From Styela clava (taxonomy: Eukaryota), in contig NC_135258.1 of NCBI RefSeq assembly GCF_964204865.1, positions 8,804,001-8,868,000 on the forward strand: DNA of 64,000 bases, given 5' to 3'. Shown piece after piece: positions 42,581-56,100 of the stretch. The stretch's first letter is position 1; each line of letters begins with the position of its first letter. The position numbers and the translations under genes are program-made. Under the pieces are notes generated by a model. That model was not told the origin of the DNA, did not search any database, and saw nothing but the letters and a program-made list of their open reading frames with translations.

Positions 42581-45464
42581 TAATTTTATTGTTATAGCGT
42601 CGAAAGTACTGTGCTCGATACAGAATTTAATATTAAAAGGTAATTTCGTATATATAGAACCTTTCCAAATATGGTAACTACATTTATGCATCAAAAATCT
42701 GAACTTGTATGCTCGTGTCAGATCTCTATTGTTGACTGGGCGAACTGCCATGATGGTATTTTATTTTATTTAGAAGTATTCTCGCATTTCTGCTTTCTGC
42801 TATAATTTTCTCTTCTCTTACACATAACATTATTGCGCGGTAAAATATTTTAAATTTTTGTCTGTTAAATCTGTTTAATTTAGTCAATTCAATATTTTCC
42901 ATTCAACTCACACTCTTTTGCTTGAATCATCCATTGATTTTTTGCATTGTAATGCCCTTTTTATTTAATAAAAATGAAAAATACAATTTTATAATTTATT
43001 ACCGATACAAACTTTAGCAATGTTCATAAACCTATTTTTTTTTATTATTCCCTCGCGTTGTCGCAGCTTTGTGTCAATCTTTACCCTGTCAAAGACCGAA
43101 TATTGAAAAAATCAAACGCAGCAGTTATTGAAGACTGACGAAGATCTCATACTCGTAGCACATTTTATGTTTACTCAAGTTGTTATGTATGGAGCGCAAT
43201 TGCGCGCAACCGTGGGAAAATTAACTTACGTAGCACAGCCCCCAAAAAATTACAAAATAGTGCGATACACTTGTACTCACAATGATAAACTAAATACATT
43301 CAGAGTGTTCATTTTTCTTATTTCTTTTTTTTTCGAGAGATGTTTAGATTATACGGCAACGTCAATTATAAATATACTTTTCCGACCCGGAAGCGAATTT
43401 TTCTGAATCATAAACACTTTTCTCGATTGGCATTGTGCGGCTTTGTGTGTTCGACCTAATTTTCAATTTGCAACGATATTATTCTAAATCGCGATCCCAC
43501 AATGTCAAATGATAGCTTTTCACGCGATACCTACTTTCGTCCGAAAAGTATTAAAATATATTTAAACCTTTTAATTAGCTATGGTATGTGTTGAATATTT
43601 TACTAGTCGTTTGATTATGTTTTTTATTTGCAAACACTCATTGTGAAAATATCAAATCGTGCTCTATCATTTATCGCAAGATGTTGGATGAATGTTACAC
43701 GACATGCGAAAACCATCTAATTTATTTTGTTAATATATTTAATAAACATACATTTAGACTTTTGCACAACAGTAAAGGAGATTATTATAATACAATTTTA
43801 CAACATTTCTCAAACGGGGAAAAAATTTGATGTTTCGAGGATCAAAATGTTTCTTTTTATTTGCATGTGGTATTACTATACTACTGGTATATTATATTTG
43901 CTGGTATTTTGTGACTGTTAATTAGTTTCAGCTGCTGAAATAAAGATTCCATTTTATAATTAACGATGATTTTATTTTCATATTTCTGAAATTGTTATGC
44001 TTAATACAAAATTGAATATATATTGAAAATATATACATATAAATATTTTTGTTAAAAACTCCTACATTTGTAGAAAATATTTGAATAAATCAAAATATAA
44101 ACTTGGTGTCATATTCGATCTTAAAAATGTTGACTAAGGACGTCTGTGTTTTTATTTTATTCCCGTAGGCGATTTTATTCTCTTTCTTTCTGATGCGATT
44201 TGAAAATATCTTTTTAACTTAAGTCATCTAAAGATTGACTAAATTGCGCTATATTTTAATTATTTGAACTTCTATAGCAAGTATAAGAAATGAAAAGTAC
44301 CAAGTAAATGTCTCATTGAATAAATTTTACGTTGCATGAACCAGATAAATGTCTTGCTGCAGTAATACTTGTTCGATTATCCCGATAGAAGTAAACCGCC
44401 AAACTGTTTCGGTAATATTTCATTTCACAAAATAATTTTTTTTAAATTAAAATCTAATAAAAATGGAATCATTGTAGAACTTCAACAAGTATGTGTGACT
44501 AGCGAACAATGTATTCTCACTAGTTTTTTATCAAATATTTTTAATACTTATTAAGTGTTATATCAAGCGCAGTAGTTTCAGAATATGACCAAGAGGGAAG
44601 CTTTTTAAATATAAAAATAGAATAAACAGGACTGATTTCACCTATAATGAAATTTTTTTTTATTATATTTTGCTGCTACTTTAGAGTGAGGTCTACCGCT
44701 ATGTATAGCTTACTCAGATGCGGCAATTAGAGTGTTTATAAAAAAATGCATGAAAAGGTGTGTTCATGAGGGGGGCGTGGTCCATTCTTGTCTTTCTTGA
44801 AAGAGTATATTATTTTTCCGTATACAAATCATTTATTGCATCCAAAAAAAATTCATTATTGCAAAATATATGTTATGTTTTACAGTTTCCAATCGCCTTT
44901 GTTCTGTGATAATAACTGCACTCGTGCTTATAAACGTGAAGGAAAAGGTGTAAATGTAAATCTCTCATATGCATTTAAGTTATTTTTTGAAGTTGAAAGT
45001 TGGGAAGTCGGTCACAAAAACCAGGCAAACATTTCTAATGAAAAATTTTTTATATTTTTTTTTATCCGAGGTATATATCGATGCATTCATGTGTTTATTA
45101 ATATTTATCTAACATATTGGTGTATATCTGGATCACGACTTTTTATGTACTGGGATTTGCTAATAAAAATACAATTAAATCACAACTAGTCATCTCATTT
45201 TACACAATATACAGAAAATATGAAGAAAAATTGAAAATACGTCCAAGATGAGTAAGTGTCAGTCATTAAAGGATTATAGTTTTCATAATGTGAGAATTCA
45301 CAAAACGGAAGATAAACCATCTTGTCATGAACCTATGGAAAACAATAAGATGTCTTCTCCGCTTATTCATTAGTCATCACATTATTCCTCAGAACGACTC
45401 TGAATCCCTTCCTGTCTTAATGATTTACAAAAGTAATCAAATCATAAATCCAGATGGATATTCA

Positions 45465-45561
45465 ATGACGAATTTCCTGTCAACCAACAAGGAATTCTAT
45501 AAAAAGGGGACAATACACATCTTTTGCATCACTTCACTTTTCAAAGACGAAGAATACTCAG
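45465..45561 (+). promoter_or_regulatory. P3 core promoter and short non-coding first exon
   Basis: ATGACGAATTTCC at 45465-45477, TATAAAA 45498-45504, Inr-like TCACTT (A at 45531), CAG|GTGAG donor at 45561/45562; acceptor TTTCAG at 45844 just before the ATG exon. Confidence 0.75.
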
Positions 45562-45855
45562 GTGAGATTTCAGATATAATATTTTTTTATATTTCATGGT
45601 GAGTGTTTAATTAGTTCTGCCTTTGCAAACTCAGTTTTTTAAACAATCTCTACAATAGAGAAGTTTGAGTTTTAATATATTATTCTGCTGTTGTTTCTAT
45701 CAAGAAACTTCTTAAATCTTTACAATTATTCAGTTCGAATTCATTTCATTTACAATGACTTCACAAATAACAAAAGCCTTCTCGGTTTCATTGCATTCCA
45801 TATAAATTCATTTTGTTTTCATTAATCAAGTCATTTAATTTCAGGAAACAAAATC

Positions 45856-47136
45856 ATGAAGACTGCAATCATTCTAGCTTTGGTAGCATTGTTTGTTGTT
45901 GATGTATCCGGAGGATGGGGAAGCTTTACAAGGGTCTTGAAAAAAGCTGGTTCAGCCGCGTTCAAAGCAGCAAAAAGCCCGTAAGTCATTTTATTCACGC
46001 ATTTAATGTGCATTCAGGGAATACCGCTTTTGATAATTTGCTTCTCAGGTATTTCAATAAATTTATCTCATTGTTCCTAATTTGTAAACGCATGGCATTT
46101 AATTAATGGATAAATATATAATTTTTATGGCATTTTGCTGAAAAGTATAAAATGGTTGTCAATTTTTAAAACTTCCTGCCTTTTAAATTATCGATAATAT
46201 CATTAACATAATATCATTAAACAAAATATCCAGTATATACATATGTTAGCTTACTTACATTTATACTTGCTATTTTGTAAAAAGAGAATACTTCATAGCG
46301 CGTCTCTAAATTATTCACTTTTTTTTATACAGTACCGGTCAAACAGTTATTAGAACTGGATTAAACCTGCTCGGTGATGTCCGTGCAATTAGAGAAATGG
46401 TGAGATATAATTTAATTTCTTGAATACTTGCGTACCACAAAAGAGTAAAAACTTACCCAGAACTAGAACAAAAACTACACAACTTCTAAGGTTACAAAGT
46501 TGAACACAATTAGCGTAAAACATTAAAAATTGGATTTAAGCAAGATATTTGAAAAAGAGCGAATTTGCACATTTGTCAAGAAATTTCTTCATAACGGTAT
46601 TGCTTGCAAATAATTAAAATATAAATCAATGTAAATTTTTTTTTTTTTCAATTACCCAAAAGTTTCATATACAATTGTTACAATCAAAAGTTTTCAGTTA
46701 TTGAACTAGATCATATCAGTGTCATACGCAATTAACAATGCATTTATATTTTCCCAGGACGAGACTGAAATTAATCAATTGTTTGATGCAATTCAAATGA
46801 TCAGAGAAATGGACAACGGTATGTTTTTAGAAAATATCAGAAAAACTAATGAAACAAACACAGAAAAATAGTCTTTTCATCTAATTTAAATTTACTCTAC
46901 CAAAAACCTGAAAGTCGAATATTTAACGTTTTCGGAATTTGTTTTAAAATGTACTTGATGTACTTTGTATTTTGTACATCGGTATTTTTCATTTTTAGTA
47001 AATATTCGGTTGCATGAACCAATTTTAGGAAAATATTCAACACAACTATTTAAAAATAATATCAATAGATGATAACACCTTTTTAGACGAATTCCTGGTT
47101 TTCGCAAAGGCTGCAAGCATGGAAGATTTTGAATAA
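45856..47136 (+). CDS. P3: secreted cationic peptide precursor (putative antimicrobial prepropeptide), 100 aa
   Basis: Exons 45856-45980, 46333-46399, 46758-46818, 47087-47136. Translation MKTAIILALVALFVVDVSG-GWGSFTRVLKKAGSAAFKAAKSPTGQTVIRTGLNLL-G-DVRAIREMDETEINQLFDAIQMIREMDNDEFLVFAKAASMEDFE*. AATAAA at 47354-47359. Confidence 0.88.
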
Positions 47137-50100
47137 TGAGTATCAAAATGGAGTAAAGACAAAAAACTACAATTTTTTCTGATTATTTGACTTAATATTA
47201 ATTTGTTGAATATTGCTATATTAATCAGATAAATAGGGCCTACTTTAGAAAAGTTAACAATCGAAACTTATTTGAAAATTAAATAGAATAAATCAATATT
47301 TCTTATGTTTTTGATATTGCTATGTGGCTGTTTTTTCGAACTATTTTTGCCCGAATAAAGAAAACTCTATTGAAAATATGTGTCCATTGATAAATAAAAT
47401 AAAATCATCTGAGGCTGAGCAACCTTTAGATGCACAAACATTACAGTTCTTTGCATTTATAACATATAGATCTTGTCTTCTTCTGGTTAGGTAATTTTGG
47501 GTATTTTGATAATTAACTATGTTCTGAGATTATACCAGTCAGCCTGTATGCTGGTTCCTGGCGTTTTGCTGGTAACATATCAGCAATCACTATGAAAGTT
47601 GGCCTAACGAGCATTCTGCTGGATTGTTGCGGTTTGTTATCATCCACTTGCGACATGTAGGATAGCCAATACGACAGGAACATAGAGACTTGAGGAGACG
47701 GTTTGTTACAACAATTCAACAATTTTTATTCATTTGTGAACACATATACACAGAAAATATAAAAATTAAAGGGTGAATATTGAAAGGCTCGCTAAATTTC
47801 AATGACGTATAATTTCGAGATTGTGAAAAATATAGAAAAAACATTATTCCTTGTTTCTTCACCTCTTGAAGTTGCTTTTGAAAAAAAAAGTAACTAAGCA
47901 GTTGATATAACGATTCACTCTGATATCAGTTTCAGGAAAATTTATACATTGATCACACAAAAAAAAATCTAGTATACGCGTTAGCACTGTTTTGGATTTT
48001 ATTCAAATGTGCTGAAACATTTAAAAAATAAATTTTTAAAGTAACGCAAGTTGTGGCATCATGACAATGACGTTTAGCAAATCACTTCGTCTGTGTAACC
48101 GCACTATCTAATACAAGCAAATTACTGTAGCGTTTAAAATAAGAGTCCATTTATCATAAGTATTTTTTGTTTATAGAATTTTTTATTTTGTTGATTAGTT
48201 GCTTAAATATTAATTACTACTTTTTTATTTTTATATCTCCTAAATTTCCCATTGATTTTGTCTCCAAAAAAAAAAATCTCAGAATTTTAGGAACAATACA
48301 AATTAGAACCATATATCTAAGTAAATGTTATTACTACAAGCATTTCCGACTCACGTTTATATGTTTTGTACAGAATAGCACACATCCTATCAGAACTACT
48401 TTGAATATTTTCGTAGTATCAGCAAAAGCGTTGAAACAGAAATAAAAAACACTCCAAATCAAAAACACTACAAAACCTTTATCATTCATATCAGCTGTGA
48501 ATTTTCATTTCTTTCAGGTTTTAGGGCAAAAAAAGTATTTCACTTTGTCGAACGTGAGGTTCATAGTAACTTGTGTTAGGGCCGGATTTGTCATCTGGCT
48601 GGGTAGGCTGAGATCAAAAGGCCTCGACATTCAAGTTTAAATTATTAATTATTTCACGTTGTTCTTAAAATGAAAGGCTTGTTCTGTAGCTAGACTATAA
48701 GCAGTTTAAAATGTTTTGAAACCCCCAAACCCAAATATATTCCGTTTTACCTTTGCTCTTTCTCGATGAAAATCGAACTAATCTGAAATTGTTCAAAGCG
48801 AATGTATTCTGAGAATTCATCTTGGGATGAACCAAGTTTTTTTTAGTGCGTCACGGACAATAATGACAATAACTGAATAAAAATGCTTTGCGTACTACTT
48901 GTACTGCGATGCAAATAGAGGGCAAGTTGATGGCCCTATTTAGAGGCAGGTTTGCTGTCTGTGTTGGTTGTGAGGAAAGTAGGGGTTTTGTGTTGGGCCG
49001 ACAAAAAAAGACAATGCATAGAGATTTACTGAAAAGCGGAGTTGATTTCCTTTGACGGAAGGCTGCTTATTTATACGAGCAACTAACTATCTTTGTTCTT
49101 TCAAGGAGTATTTATGTTCACAACACAGATCAGATGACGGGGAATTCAGTACGAAAGAAGAAAATGATTCTTCTTTTTAAGTCACAATAATTGATTCAAT
49201 TCCTAATACTTCGATTCTGTTTTGTTCTAAACAACGCCCTTTTGGATGAAGTTGAGTTCCAGTTGAGAGTGTCAGCAAAGTTCATTACGTATTTTCAATT
49301 TTTCAATTCAACATCTACCGTTTGAATTCCGGTTTTTATAGAATATACCGTAAAATTGGTGGTCTACCCACTTACATTCCTTACTTTCGATTTAAATTTC
49401 TGATGTGTCCATTAACCCGACGTCATTGTCACGGTCATTGAACAGCAAGGCGTACTTGCACAAAAGCTATTGCGCATTCCCGCATTGCGAATCGATTGTT
49501 GGCAAAAGCAAACTTACATGTACTTAAATCTAAAAGTAAATCTTTTTCATGACAAAAATGACATTCATCAACTTTTTCACTTCTGTGTTGACGAGTTCAG
49601 GATTTGAAGTCAACCGTATAGCAGTTCATTTGTCTTATGTCGTTCCAAAAAGATATTTAACATTTATGATGAGATCGTGATATACCCAGCAAAACGTTAC
49701 GCATATGTAGCAAAGATAATATAATGTGGTGGTTATGGTATTTTGATAGGGTTGGTTTAAAACAGTTTCTGCGTGGTCAAACAAATTACCTAAGATGACA
49801 GCAGTTATTATGCTCCATTTATATCGTATACAAAGACCAGGTATTGTTGGAACAATGGATATGTTGTATTCCGCAAAGTGGAATATTTGACCAAATTGAA
49901 TTGTGCTACCCCTATACAGTCCAATACCTTTTTAAATGAAACAATTCAAAATTTAAATCTTATTCGCAATATTGATTTGGTTACATTATTTGTAATGTGC
50001 ATTATATTGTATTTTTGAATACATGCGTTGATGTTTGAAAGACATGGCGCTAAGTCGGTGCAAAACTTCTGTCTCCAGCCTAACCTTCAATTAAATAGCA

Positions 50101-50238
50101 TATCTATCGATAAGCTTCTTCATAAGCACGATCCCATCAACGGTCACTGAATACGTCTATTTACTAATTGTGGTAATCCTTTTTTCTGAATATTTTCTCT
50201 TGCAGTGCATACTCATCTTAGCTGGTTATTCGTTTTCC

Positions 50239-50510
50239 TTATTGGACACGAAGTGGACCCGTTTTGTCATTTTGTATTCCTATTCTTGTTGTTACCGTTT
50301 GGAAATATTCGCTTGACACATTAATTACTAAACGAATTGCATTGAAACCTTCAGTGGTTGAAGATTGTATTTTTAGCTATTATTTTTATTTGTTTCAAAA
50401 ATTTCTGTGGGCTCTATGGAAGTGGTCAGGCGAAGTCATTGTGAAAGATTGCATACCCGTACTGCTTCGTTTTGATCTTTGTGTTCATATATTTAAGCAT
50501 CTCTTTTTTG
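50239..50510 (+). mobile_element. Second copy of HINE-like family 2
   Basis: Starts TTATTGGACACGAAGTGGAC; internal TTAATTACT..AATTGC..TTCAGT..AAGATTGT..TTCAAAAATTT..GTGGGCTCTA matches 40930-41030; ends GTGTTCATATATTTAAGCATCTCTTT. Confidence 0.6.
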
Positions 50511-53100
50511 GGTTATTTTATAGTACTTCCAAATTCGAAATCTATATCATTAAGGTATGTAGATTTATCAATATATATACAGAGCATTTTGTTTGATAAA
50601 TTAATTAACTTATTGCAAATTATGATTAGTTTAACAAAAACTTTAATGAAAGAAAAATTTTGATTTCTTGCCGTTTTTAACAATTGTAAAGTAATCTCCT
50701 ACCTTGACGTCCACGCAAATTGTATTCAGTTTGGTCTAGTTTAAAATTGGAGTTCGTATGAGAATATCACACTAACTTACTGAGGTATTTTAAAAAAATT
50801 GACAAAAAAACCTATTTCAAATTCTTTTCACCTTATTAATCAAGAATTAAATGTAATAATGAGGTATAACGTTTTTTATTCTCATGGATGTTTGTAAAAA
50901 GATAAAAATTAAAAGCCAATGAAATTCCTAAAGTCCTAAAATAGCACTACAGTGCTGGAACATCTGTGCATTAATATCAATCAACTATCATTTATTTCTT
51001 AAAATAATCTGGTTTATGACGTAACTCTAAACCAACGCTAAAATGCTCCAATGAATTTCAGAACGTCATGTAATCGACCATGCAATGGTGTACATAAGCA
51101 AAATTTTGTCACAAATCCAATCTGAAGATTTGCGGGTATATTGCAGCTGTGGTAGTGTTTAGAAGCTAACAGCCAACCAAGTACGAATTAATAATCGAAC
51201 AAACCAGCTTAGATTGATTTATCTATGATTTATCGTGCATCAACCAATATCGAGTCAAAAATTATTCAGAAGAGTTTGGTGAGAAAAAGATATCTGATAT
51301 ACTGATGTTGACAACTTCCGACACGGTATTATACGCCAATGAAAAGAAACAAATCAGATTCACCGTGAAACACCAAACCACCTTGGAAACTTGATCCAGT
51401 TGCAACTTTTATAGCATCCATCTGCAATTCAAAATGTAGTGTACTAATTAGGATATTAGTTATTCGCGTAAAGTAGAAAACGAGAGAAAATGTGAGAGAA
51501 ATGGAGCAAATTTGAAAAAGGAATAAAATCAAAGAAGAACAGAAAAAATTCTAAAATGCCTCAGAAATAACTATATATGAATGATATAATGTATTCACAT
51601 ATTTTTAGACGCATTTTGATTCATTCAATTTTGCTTATTACCAAAAAAATTATGGAATCTTACAAGAAAGCTCTTAACTGCGTGGACGTAAATTGCAACT
51701 TTTTTCCGCACGCTTACTCGTTTATTTTAAAAACAAACCTATATACATGACATTTCGTCTCCTTTGGCAAACTCTGGTTTGTCCGTAAATAACCTGCAAT
51801 ATTTAGAAAACAGACCTTTTTATATTTTGAAGGAGCAGAAACACGAACTTACGCAATTCATTTTCGTAGAAACATGACAACAACAGGTGGGTATTTGGAT
51901 GATACAATCTTAAGCCTGTTTTACATATTCGTTTTGCACTCAACGTTTTAGCATGTTCTAATTCCCACTTTAATACATAGGCTAACATGATATTCATGCG
52001 TAATAGTCGCAAGGTGGAAGGATTGGCGGTCAAAGATTAATGAGGACAAAACAACGTTGAATCCATCGGTATGAGATATTAATAGAATAACTCCAATGCT
52101 GCATGAACTCCATGCGTAGTCGAGTTAAAAGAATAAGAATAACTCATTTCGTATAGTTTCGATTTTAATGAAGATTTTGATATTATATTCGAATTAGATT
52201 TTATACCCAAAATATAAAACAATTGTGTGACATATATACTTGAAATACTAAACTGAAGAGTCAAATAAATTCTGCAGTAATGATTTTTATGTGAAACAAA
52301 TTATGAGAGACTTTTTTCCAGTCTATCAATTTCAGTTGATTCAAGAATATGACTTTTAAAGAAACTAACTTGTCGTGAATTAGAGATGTAAGCCTAAGTG
52401 AATCGTAAAAATTAACTCCCTATATAAAAATTGCAAATAATTGACCAAGTCGCGAGTCATACCTCATCCTCAAATGCACTTCAATGAACAACCTTAAAAG
52501 CATGTGAAGATAATTGTTTTATATGTTCCAAGTCAATAACGTTTAACGCTGATCATATAAATTGAACTGCCTTTATGATTAGGATTGTCATATAATACCC
52601 ATAATATTTGGGGATGTATAATTTTACATACTTGCCATTTCTGTTTTGCATTGTTGCGTGTGCAAGATTAATTTGGAATAGTCTTATTAACTTAAATTTT
52701 ACGGTGAGTTAAAAGATAGGAATGCATATGATCAGAATACATTTCATGATATCATGATATAAAATATCTCTTCTTGCACTCATTATATCATTTTATTAAT
52801 AATTTTTAAATTTGCACCAATAGTACTCACTTTGTTGTGGATTTGTTAGGACAAGTAAAGCACATATTTGAACTCTTTAAAATTACAAGAAAAGCGGTGA
52901 GCAACTCAACTCCAAATGAGAGTTATTAATATCAATGACGTGCACCATCGCGTGATGAATTTTTGAGTAGTGCCACTGGCACAAGATGTAATTACATATG
53001 AGATTATTCTCTGATCAAGCATGACTATTTACCAACACACATCGCGTTTATATTTCTTTATTTTATAATATTATTTCATATTATATTCGCCATGGGAAAT

Positions 53101-53134
53101 CAAGAGAGTAATGCTCAAATATATTGACACGAAA
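53101..53134 (-). mobile_element. 3' end fragment of HINE-like family 2
   Basis: Reverse complement TTTCGTGTCAATATATTTGAGCATTACTCTCTTG matches the 3' ends at 41165-41197 and 50479-50510. Confidence 0.45.
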
Positions 53135-56100
53135 ATCGCGCATACGTATTGATACGATAAGGACTTTTTCAATGGTATTATTCATTTTTAGATTGCACTA
53201 TAAAAAAAGCAGTTTAATTTTATTGTAATCAAATTTAACAAATCAATTTGCTACTTTTTGTAGTCTTCTGTGAGTCGTTTTATCGCTGCTTGATCGAAAG
53301 AATTTAATTTAAGCACTGAAAATCTATATATTTCGCAGTATAAGCGATGTTGATGTTGGTGTCGATGACTGAATTTGAGACAACACTTTAATGTTTTATT
53401 CAAATTTTAAACTTTACGATCAAAGCAAGTACAAATAAGACTGTGGTGGAAGATTATCTCGATATTGAAATCAAAATACCTTAATGATTTAACTTCTTCA
53501 CGCGATTGCTGACACGGGGGTTCAAGAAATATGATAACTTTGCATACTCAATGCTATGTCAGAGTCAGGTGTCCAGTTCATTTACGGTTTGGTCATGGTA
53601 TTGAAAAAGTGCGTAAGACTTTCCGAAAATGCGATCTATATTTGCAGATCGATTCCCAAAAATAACTCGAAGTGGTTGTTTTTGTCGACATAAAAATCAA
53701 ACGGATGTCATTTTTGGTATAAATAGCAAATATGGTAAACTAAATCAACTGCAACGATACAAACAATCAAATTTACCTATTTCTTACTAAATGGATTTGC
53801 TTTCCCATGACACTCATTTTTTGTCCATTACTGTTTTTATGCGATACCCAAGAATACGTTTTACGCTGTCCACGCTTATTAAATTAATAAAAATAACAGA
53901 AATTCTTCGGGGCCATTGCTTGTGATAAGTAGCCAGTTTAAAGACCGGTCATCATACCAGCCTGGATAAAAATCAATGGTGTTTAGGTTGGAAATACCAA
54001 GCTTGGTATTTGATCTATATTATTAAGGAACTTCTTGTTCCGTCCAAGAATAAGAAAATACTGCCATGAAGAAAATACTACTTGTATAGAAAAATAGCAA
54101 CCTTATCACATATCAACGAGAAATATACATAGGAATTTATTGATGTAGTTAGTATTCGCACCTAATTTTAACAACTGTCTCACACACGAATTCAAATTGT
54201 CGTGAATATGAGATAAATTAGTTAGGAGTTCACGCCTTTTTTTACATTACCCCCTGATAGTGATATACAATAGAAATCATTGAATTAATGATGCTGAACA
54301 TTCATTATTATATATAAATTTTACACAGACACAAAATTTACACATGATATTCAGCGTTCTTATAATTTTAAAGCCTATAGCAAAAACTCACAAAAAACTG
54401 TAGATGACAAACTTTTTACGGATTTGAAAAATGCGCGGTATTAGCGAGATTATGTGCAAAATATTATATATAACTTAAATATGTTGATACCACCACGCCG
54501 TCGTTCTGTGGGTCACCTTAATGCTCATATGTCAACATACATATGGCAGAGGCCACGCAAGGTTGCAAGAGGTCACACGATGTGTGGCAATAGCATCAGC
54601 GCAGCGTTTGATTTGATTTTCTGCCCGACTAGAGGTCTTAACAAACGACTTAGGTAATTTTCTTCGCTTTGAAATCTTTTGATCCAGTTTAATGGCAATA
54701 ATAATATTAATAATATCGCCATACCACACGCAGGTTTCCAAGTTTTGTTAAAAACTAATAACTTAAATAACGTTAAGCTTGACCAAACATAAAATAGTTT
54801 GATGTGCTCAAATTGAAACTACAATGTTGGTATAGTAAATAATAAACATTGATTCGTTTTGAGGATGTATGACCTACTATATAAATAAAAATTAAACATG
54901 TTCGTTCTATAGGTTTATATTTAGGCATTAATAATCAATATTTATTCATAAGCTGTATATGAACTCTTCGAAAAAATTACGAATTTTCAACTTAACCCAT
55001 ATCCTGGTTCTCTATTAGGCTGCTGCGATTTAATGATGCGAAACGTGGCCTCATTTAAAAAGGGGTTCCTGAGGGTGTGTTCAACAGTTTAGCATTTAGT
55101 GAGGCAAGTGCGTAGATATCTGGAGGTATTCTTCTGTGTAAAACTAAATGGTTTCGATGTAAATATTATATTTAAATTCTAATTGTAGTTCAAAAAGTTT
55201 GTAATGCAAAAGTAATTTATTCAATATTCGAAGGTTTCATCCCAGGTTTGAAGAAAAACTGATACAAAAAGTCACCTATAGGCAGAGATAATAGGAATCA
55301 TTTTGCACAGTTATATTTTACTCAACGTTTTGGATTTGGGTTGTGATTGGTTGGCCAAATTATTGATGTTATCGTTCAGCAATCAGTTGATTAAAAGTGC
55401 TATAAGTAGCGCATAATTATTTACTTACATAGATAAAACTTCTATTACTAAATATTACTATAACACCGTAAAAGGAATTATGGGCGGAAAATTGTTCTTT
55501 TGCCACATGCTATGCTCGACGTGTACATTAACAATTTTACCTAATTTTCCGCAAAAATTTTAATACAATGCAAGTCTGTATTAGTGTAAATGCATAAATT
55601 ATTTTTGCCGAACGTGATCAACGGAAAAAAACGCGCGCCATTGTGTTTAAATCGTGTATGAAAGTAACATGGATTTAGAGAAGTTACCAGGATAGTGAGA
55701 TTTATATTATTTTAAAAATCAATATTTTTGAGTTTGAATGTATAAAATTAGATATATTGTTTGCATAACTCAAATTTTCGAATTTTGTGGAAAATAAATT
55801 CGATATTGATGAAATAATCGAAAATTTATCTTTGACAGATTATACATGGATTATGTCAAATAAACTACTGGTTCCATTACCATTTTAAACTCTGAACATA
55901 CCTAAATGACACAGTGTTTAAATATTAAGTATAATATTAAATTGTCTGATTGTGACTTATTCGTTACATATAAGAAAAATTATCTAAGATGCATATTATA
56001 AAATTACCGGAACGATTAGTTACTGTTTTGAGACCAAATTTTAGGCTTTGTTGACCAAACATTAGAAAACTTTAGGAGGCACGATTCATCGCCATTACGT

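Larger units (their letters stand above)
45159..47870 (+). repeat. Third copy of the peptide-gene duplication unit (direct repeat of the P1 arm)
   Basis: GCTAATAAAAA..ATTAAATCACAACTAGTCATCTCATTT is shared with 35158-35200; similarity continues through the introns and 3' flank, fading near 47870. Confidence 0.8.

Noticed and set aside
35728-46013. Mutually similar ORFs 35728-35922(-), 41286-41474(+), 45831-46013(-)
   Set aside because: Antisense frames of the signal/mature exons; splice sites, TATA and signal peptide support the opposite strand.
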